From Caecitellus pseudoparvulus (lineage: Eukaryota > Protista > Bigyra: Bicosoecida): a stretch of DNA of 64,000 nt. The notes under the pieces are model-generated. The model had not been told where the DNA came from. It worked only from the letters and a program-made list of their open reading frames with translations, and ran no database searches. Numbering within the stretch: position 1 is the stretch's first letter; every line of letters starts with the position of its first letter. A program made the translations under genes and the position numbers. Positions 60,841-64,000 of this stretch are shown piece by piece. The stretch lies in the NCBI GenBank assembly GCA_965644315.1, contig CBFFRQ010000018.1:806001-870000 (forward strand). The letters run 5' to 3'.

Positions 60841-61083
60841 GGTTGCTGTGTGGGTGCTTCCGGGGCAGCAGCTGCCGTTTTCGGTGTCCTGGGCGGCTTG
60901 GCGCTGTGCACGAAGGAGTGTGCCAGGCGGCTCCAGCGACTGCACACTGGCCAAAGTCTTCACGAAGCAGCCTTCAATGTGACCGAAAGAACGGAACGTG
61001 TGCACGTTGCAAAGTATTGCGAAAGTAGTGAGTGCTTTGTGCGCCGCCTGGCTTCGGGGTGTGCAGTGCATTCTGAGGCGAAC

Positions 61084-64000
61084 CTACGCCCTGAGCAGTT
61101 TCTGCAACGCATCGAACTGGGTTTGCAGGGCTTGTCGGGACGGAGAGCAGGTGGTGATGGAGGCCCGGACAGCCTGCGCGGCAGCGCTGTGGGGTGCACC
61201 GGCCACGCCCAGCAGGGCGCTGTGGTAGGATGGGGAGCTGAGGATGTGGGGAGGCAGGTGCGCGTCAACCAAGGCCTTCACGCGCTGGCCTGCAGTGACC
61301 TGCCCAGACACCACTTTGTCCGCCAGTTGCTGCGTGGCAGGTGACGGCGTGCCCTTGAAGGGGCTTTGGAAGCCGGCAGGGAGCTTGGGCGCCAGTGGTG
61401 GAGTGCTGGGCAACGCGTCGGGGGGCTGGCGAAACGCAGCACGAATCGCAGCCTCCTCAGCCTGCAAGGCTGCGTCGCGCTCGCCTTCCTTGTCCAGCAT
61501 GACCCCCATGTCCACAGCAGCGAACTTGCGCAGGGAAAGCGGGGATGCCAGCTCCCCCGGCCCGGACCTCGCCGACACACGCACTCCCACAGGGGACACC
61601 AGGACAGATGAGGAAGGGTGTGTGGCAGACGCATCCGGCACAGGCCGATCGTAGTGGTGGGGTGTGGGGAGCTGCAGAGCGCCGGTGGCCGTGACGTGGG
61701 ACCGCAGGGCCTCCACGACCTCCCGCGGCACGGCTGGCGAGTGGCGGGGGGAGCTGTCTCCGGTCCCCGGCCCGTCAGTCCACCCCCCCCCTGAGGCTGT
61801 GGACAGGCCGCCCATGAAGTCCAGTCCGAGTTGGGACTCAGAGCGCCCCCGGTGGCCACGTGGCGGGGCTGGGCGGGGGCCAGGGGACAGCACAGCCGGC
61901 TTGGGAACGGGCGGAGAGGCGGGGGGGTGCACACCCTGGACAGCGGGGGGGGCTGGCGTGCCAGCAACAGGCGCCTGTGACACGGACAGCGGCCGGATGA
62001 TGGACAGGGACACGTACAGGGCGGAGGACGAGGCGCTGTGCAGGTGGGACTGCAGGGCTGCCACCGCCATGTCCGGGGCTGCGTTCGCAAGGGACGTCTC
62101 TCCCGCGGTCAGCAGCACATCCCCGGGATACACTGAGTTCAAGTCCTCATGCAGGGGGGGTGCTTCGTGCAGGGTGTGGTTGAAGAGCGCGCTGGGTGGA
62201 AGCGCGTGGCCCTGGCCACCGCCGCCTGGCAACGCAGCTCGCGGGTCACACAGCGGCGGAACGGTGGAGAGATCGAAGCGAGGGGAGAAGTGGAACACAC
62301 TCGCCGCATGGGCGTGTGGGCCAGAGCCGTCCACGAGAGCGGTGCGTGATGCCGGCGACAGCAGCCCCAGCACAAGTGCCCTGCGGGCCGGGGCCAGTCT
62401 ACGAAGCAGGCGGTCTCCCATCTGCCGCGTTGCCGGACCGGACGGCACGGTGGCGGCATCTCCTGGCAAGCCAGGGCGCACGACAGCCGCAATCACGACA
62501 GCTTTGTGCCCATGCTCGCCGCCTTCCATGGCGGACAGTGCTGCCCGGGCACTGGCCTCCGTCGTGGGGACGCCACTTGACTCGACGTCGTCCCCGAAAC
62601 GCAGCAGGTGCACGCCCAGACGCTGCACTGATTGAGCAAGCCACGGCCGCGGCAGGGTGCACACAAACCCCATCTGGTCGTACACACGCACAGGCTCATG
62701 CGCGTGGACCCTGTCCCCATCCGCTGCTTGCGCTGCGTGGGCTGCAGCGAGCGGCACGAGGCGCACCGAGCACGGGAACAACTTCAGCGACAGAGCCATG
62801 CGCTGCGGGTTGCTGTGCGTTTCATCAGAGCTCGAGCTGTGCGCGCCTTCAATGGGGCTGGCTGAGCTGCGCGCAGTGCGGCGCTTCAGAGCACGGCGAG
62901 CGCGGGCTGGTTTCGACGCAGGCTCTGGGCTGCGCGTGGCGGAGCTTGCCCGGGAGGTGCTGCCCGAGGACCGGCCTTCCTGAGCTGCCGCCTTTGCAGA
63001 GCTTGTTGCGCTCATGGCCCGGTCAGACGCTTGGAGGCTGCGCCTGGGGAGGTGTGAGGCGCTGAGGGCCTTGTCCAGCACGCCGGCGCCCGTGTCCGCT
63101 TGGGCCCAGGCAGCCGCCAGTGCGGGGAGGGACAGTTGGCGAAGGGAGGGCGCCCCTGGACCGCGCAGGCCGCCCATGCTGTTCGCCAGGGCGGCCGCCC
63201 ACACGCGGGCCTCCAGCGCGTCTGCCGCCTTGAACTCCTGGAACACCGTTCCTTTCGCGGTCGCGACCGTCAGTGTAAAGCTGCACGCCTCACCTGCGTC
63301 GCAGCCCCCGCCCACAGCAGCCCAGTCGTACGCCAACGCTTGCATCTTCGTGACGGAAGTGACACGGCCGTGTTCCAGGCCACTGTCTCGCTCTGCTTCG
63401 TCTGCGAAACGCAGCAGTGCGCCCTCCAACAGCTGCAGCACAAAGTAGCGCTGGTGCCACACCTGGCTGGACTTGCCCGTCGCTGCGCTGCGGAACGCTC
63501 GAATGCCCAGGCAGCCTTCCAGAGTGTCTGTCATCCGCATGAGAGGAAGAGCTGCGCCAGTCCGCTGCGTTTCGGTTGACTGGCTCGAGGAATCGGGTGC
63601 GCCTGCAGCGCCAGCGCCAGCCTGGCGCAAGGTCCATGTTGGCAACGAGGGTGGCTGGCACGGCACCAACTGGGCGGCAGCTGCTGCTTGTGAGGCTGGC
63701 AAAGCACATGTGAGCACTGCAGAGCCCCGAAGGCGGTGCAGACCGGTGGTCAGCGCTGTCCAATCCTGCACACCATTCACAGCTCTCACAACAGCTCCCT
63801 GCACTGCAGGCCGCACGCTCTCATGCCTGCGGAGCACACCGAAGAAGGGTAAGGAGAGGGGCTTCATAGAGGGCAGGACACTGGGGGACTCACAGCATGC
63901 TGGCATCCTGCACGATGGTCTGGCCCTCGACCTTCTGTGGAGAGGCGCATGCGGAAATGGAGCGACGCCTGACCACGCCCGACATGGCCTCGGCCGACAT
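61084..64000 (-). CDS. PH-domain protein with PDZ-like elements; 5' end at or beyond the window edge
   Basis: PH: LEGCLGIR..WHQRYFVL..LLRF..FTLTV..FKAADALEARVWAAAL (63525-63181). PDZ-like LGVHL..VVIAAV..VYPGDVLLTAG. An intron at 63827-63893 links an upstream exon whose frame is open to base 64000. Confidence 0.72.
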   Translation of the reverse strand, partial: CRPRPCRAWSGVAPFPHAPLHRRSRARPSCRMPACCESPSVLPSMKPLSLPFFGVLRRHESVRPAVQGAVVRAVNGVQDWTALTTGLHRLRGSAVLTCALPASQAAAAAQLVPCQPPSLPTWTLRQAGAGAAGAPDSSSQSTETQRTGAALPLMRMTDTLEGCLGIRAFRSAATGKSSQVWHQRYFVLQLLEGALLRFADEAERDSGLEHGRVTSVTKMQALAYDWAAVGGGCDAGEACSFTLTVATAKGTVFQEFKAADALEARVWAAALANSMGGLRGPGAPSLRQLSLPALAAAWAQADTGAGVLDKALSASHLPRRSLQASDRAMSATSSAKAAAQEGRSSGSTSRASSATRSPEPASKPARARRALKRRTARSSASPIEGAHSSSSDETHSNPQRMALSLKLFPCSVRLVPLAAAHAAQAADGDRVHAHEPVRVYDQMGFVCTLPRPWLAQSVQRLGVHLLRFGDDVESSGVPTTEASARAALSAMEGGEHGHKAVVIAAVVRPGLPGDAATVPSGPATRQMGDRLLRRLAPARRALVLGLLSPASRTALVDGSGPHAHAASVFHFSPRFDLSTVPPLCDPRAALPGGGGQGHALPPSALFNHTLHEAPPLHEDLNSVYPGDVLLTAGETSLANAAPDMAVAALQSHLHSASSSALYVSLSIIRPLSVSQAPVAGTPAPPAVQGVHPPASPPVPKPAVLSPGPRPAPPRGHRGRSESQLGLDFMGGLSTASGGGWTDGPGTGDSSPRHSPAVPREVVEALRSHVTATGALQLPTPHHYDRPVPDASATHPSSSVLVSPVGVRVSARSGPGELASPLSLRKFAAVDMGVMLDKEGERDAALQAEEAAIRAAFRQPPDALPSTPPLAPKLPAGFQSPFKGTPSPATQQLADKVVSGQVTAGQRVKALVDAHLPPHILSSPSYHSALLGVAGAPHSAAAQAVRASITTCSPSRQALQTQFDALQKLLRA

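Noticed and set aside
1-64000. Endogenous virophage/Polinton, retrotransposon, CRISPR array, rRNA or tRNA
   Set aside because: No AT-rich island, terminal repeats, integrase/RT/capsid motifs, spaced repeats or cloverleaf patterns were seen by eye; tRNAscan and Infernal were not run.

Overview
Eukaryotic, GC-rich, very gene-dense genomic DNA with short GT-AG introns (mostly 62-96 nt, GTGCGT/GTGAG-type donors). Centriolar genes suggest a flagellated protist; a heterotrophic stramenopile such as a bicosoecid is a guess only. I find about 17 protein-coding genes: a 5'-truncated >6100-aa DUF3638/DUF3645 P-loop protein carrying CUB-like, UBA/UIM-like, EF-hand and three SPRY modules; DPH7; a 2337-aa disordered orphan; a C-type-lectin multi-TM receptor; CEP76; a UBE3B/C-type HECT E3; CCDC61/VFL3; a multi-TM WW-domain protein; a RAP-domain protein; a Cid1-type nucleotidyltransferase; an SLC35F transporter; a BFR1-like protein; sideroflexin; a 7-TM protein with insect gustatory-receptor-like architecture; a P-loop-dead XRCC2-like protein; CMS1; WDR4/TRM82; and a PH/PDZ protein. 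I saw no rRNA, tRNA, CRISPR array, transposon or viral insert. Best leads: (1) the candidate 7TMIC chemoreceptor/channel, (2) the ubiquitin-module-decorated giant NTPase, (3) a recurrent AATGCA 3'-end motif that may be a non-canonical, partly bidirectional polyadenylation signal, (4) Arg in place of His at the TUTase specificity position, and (5) the pseudo-ATPase XRCC2. All family calls come from recognising motifs by eye; no database searches were run.
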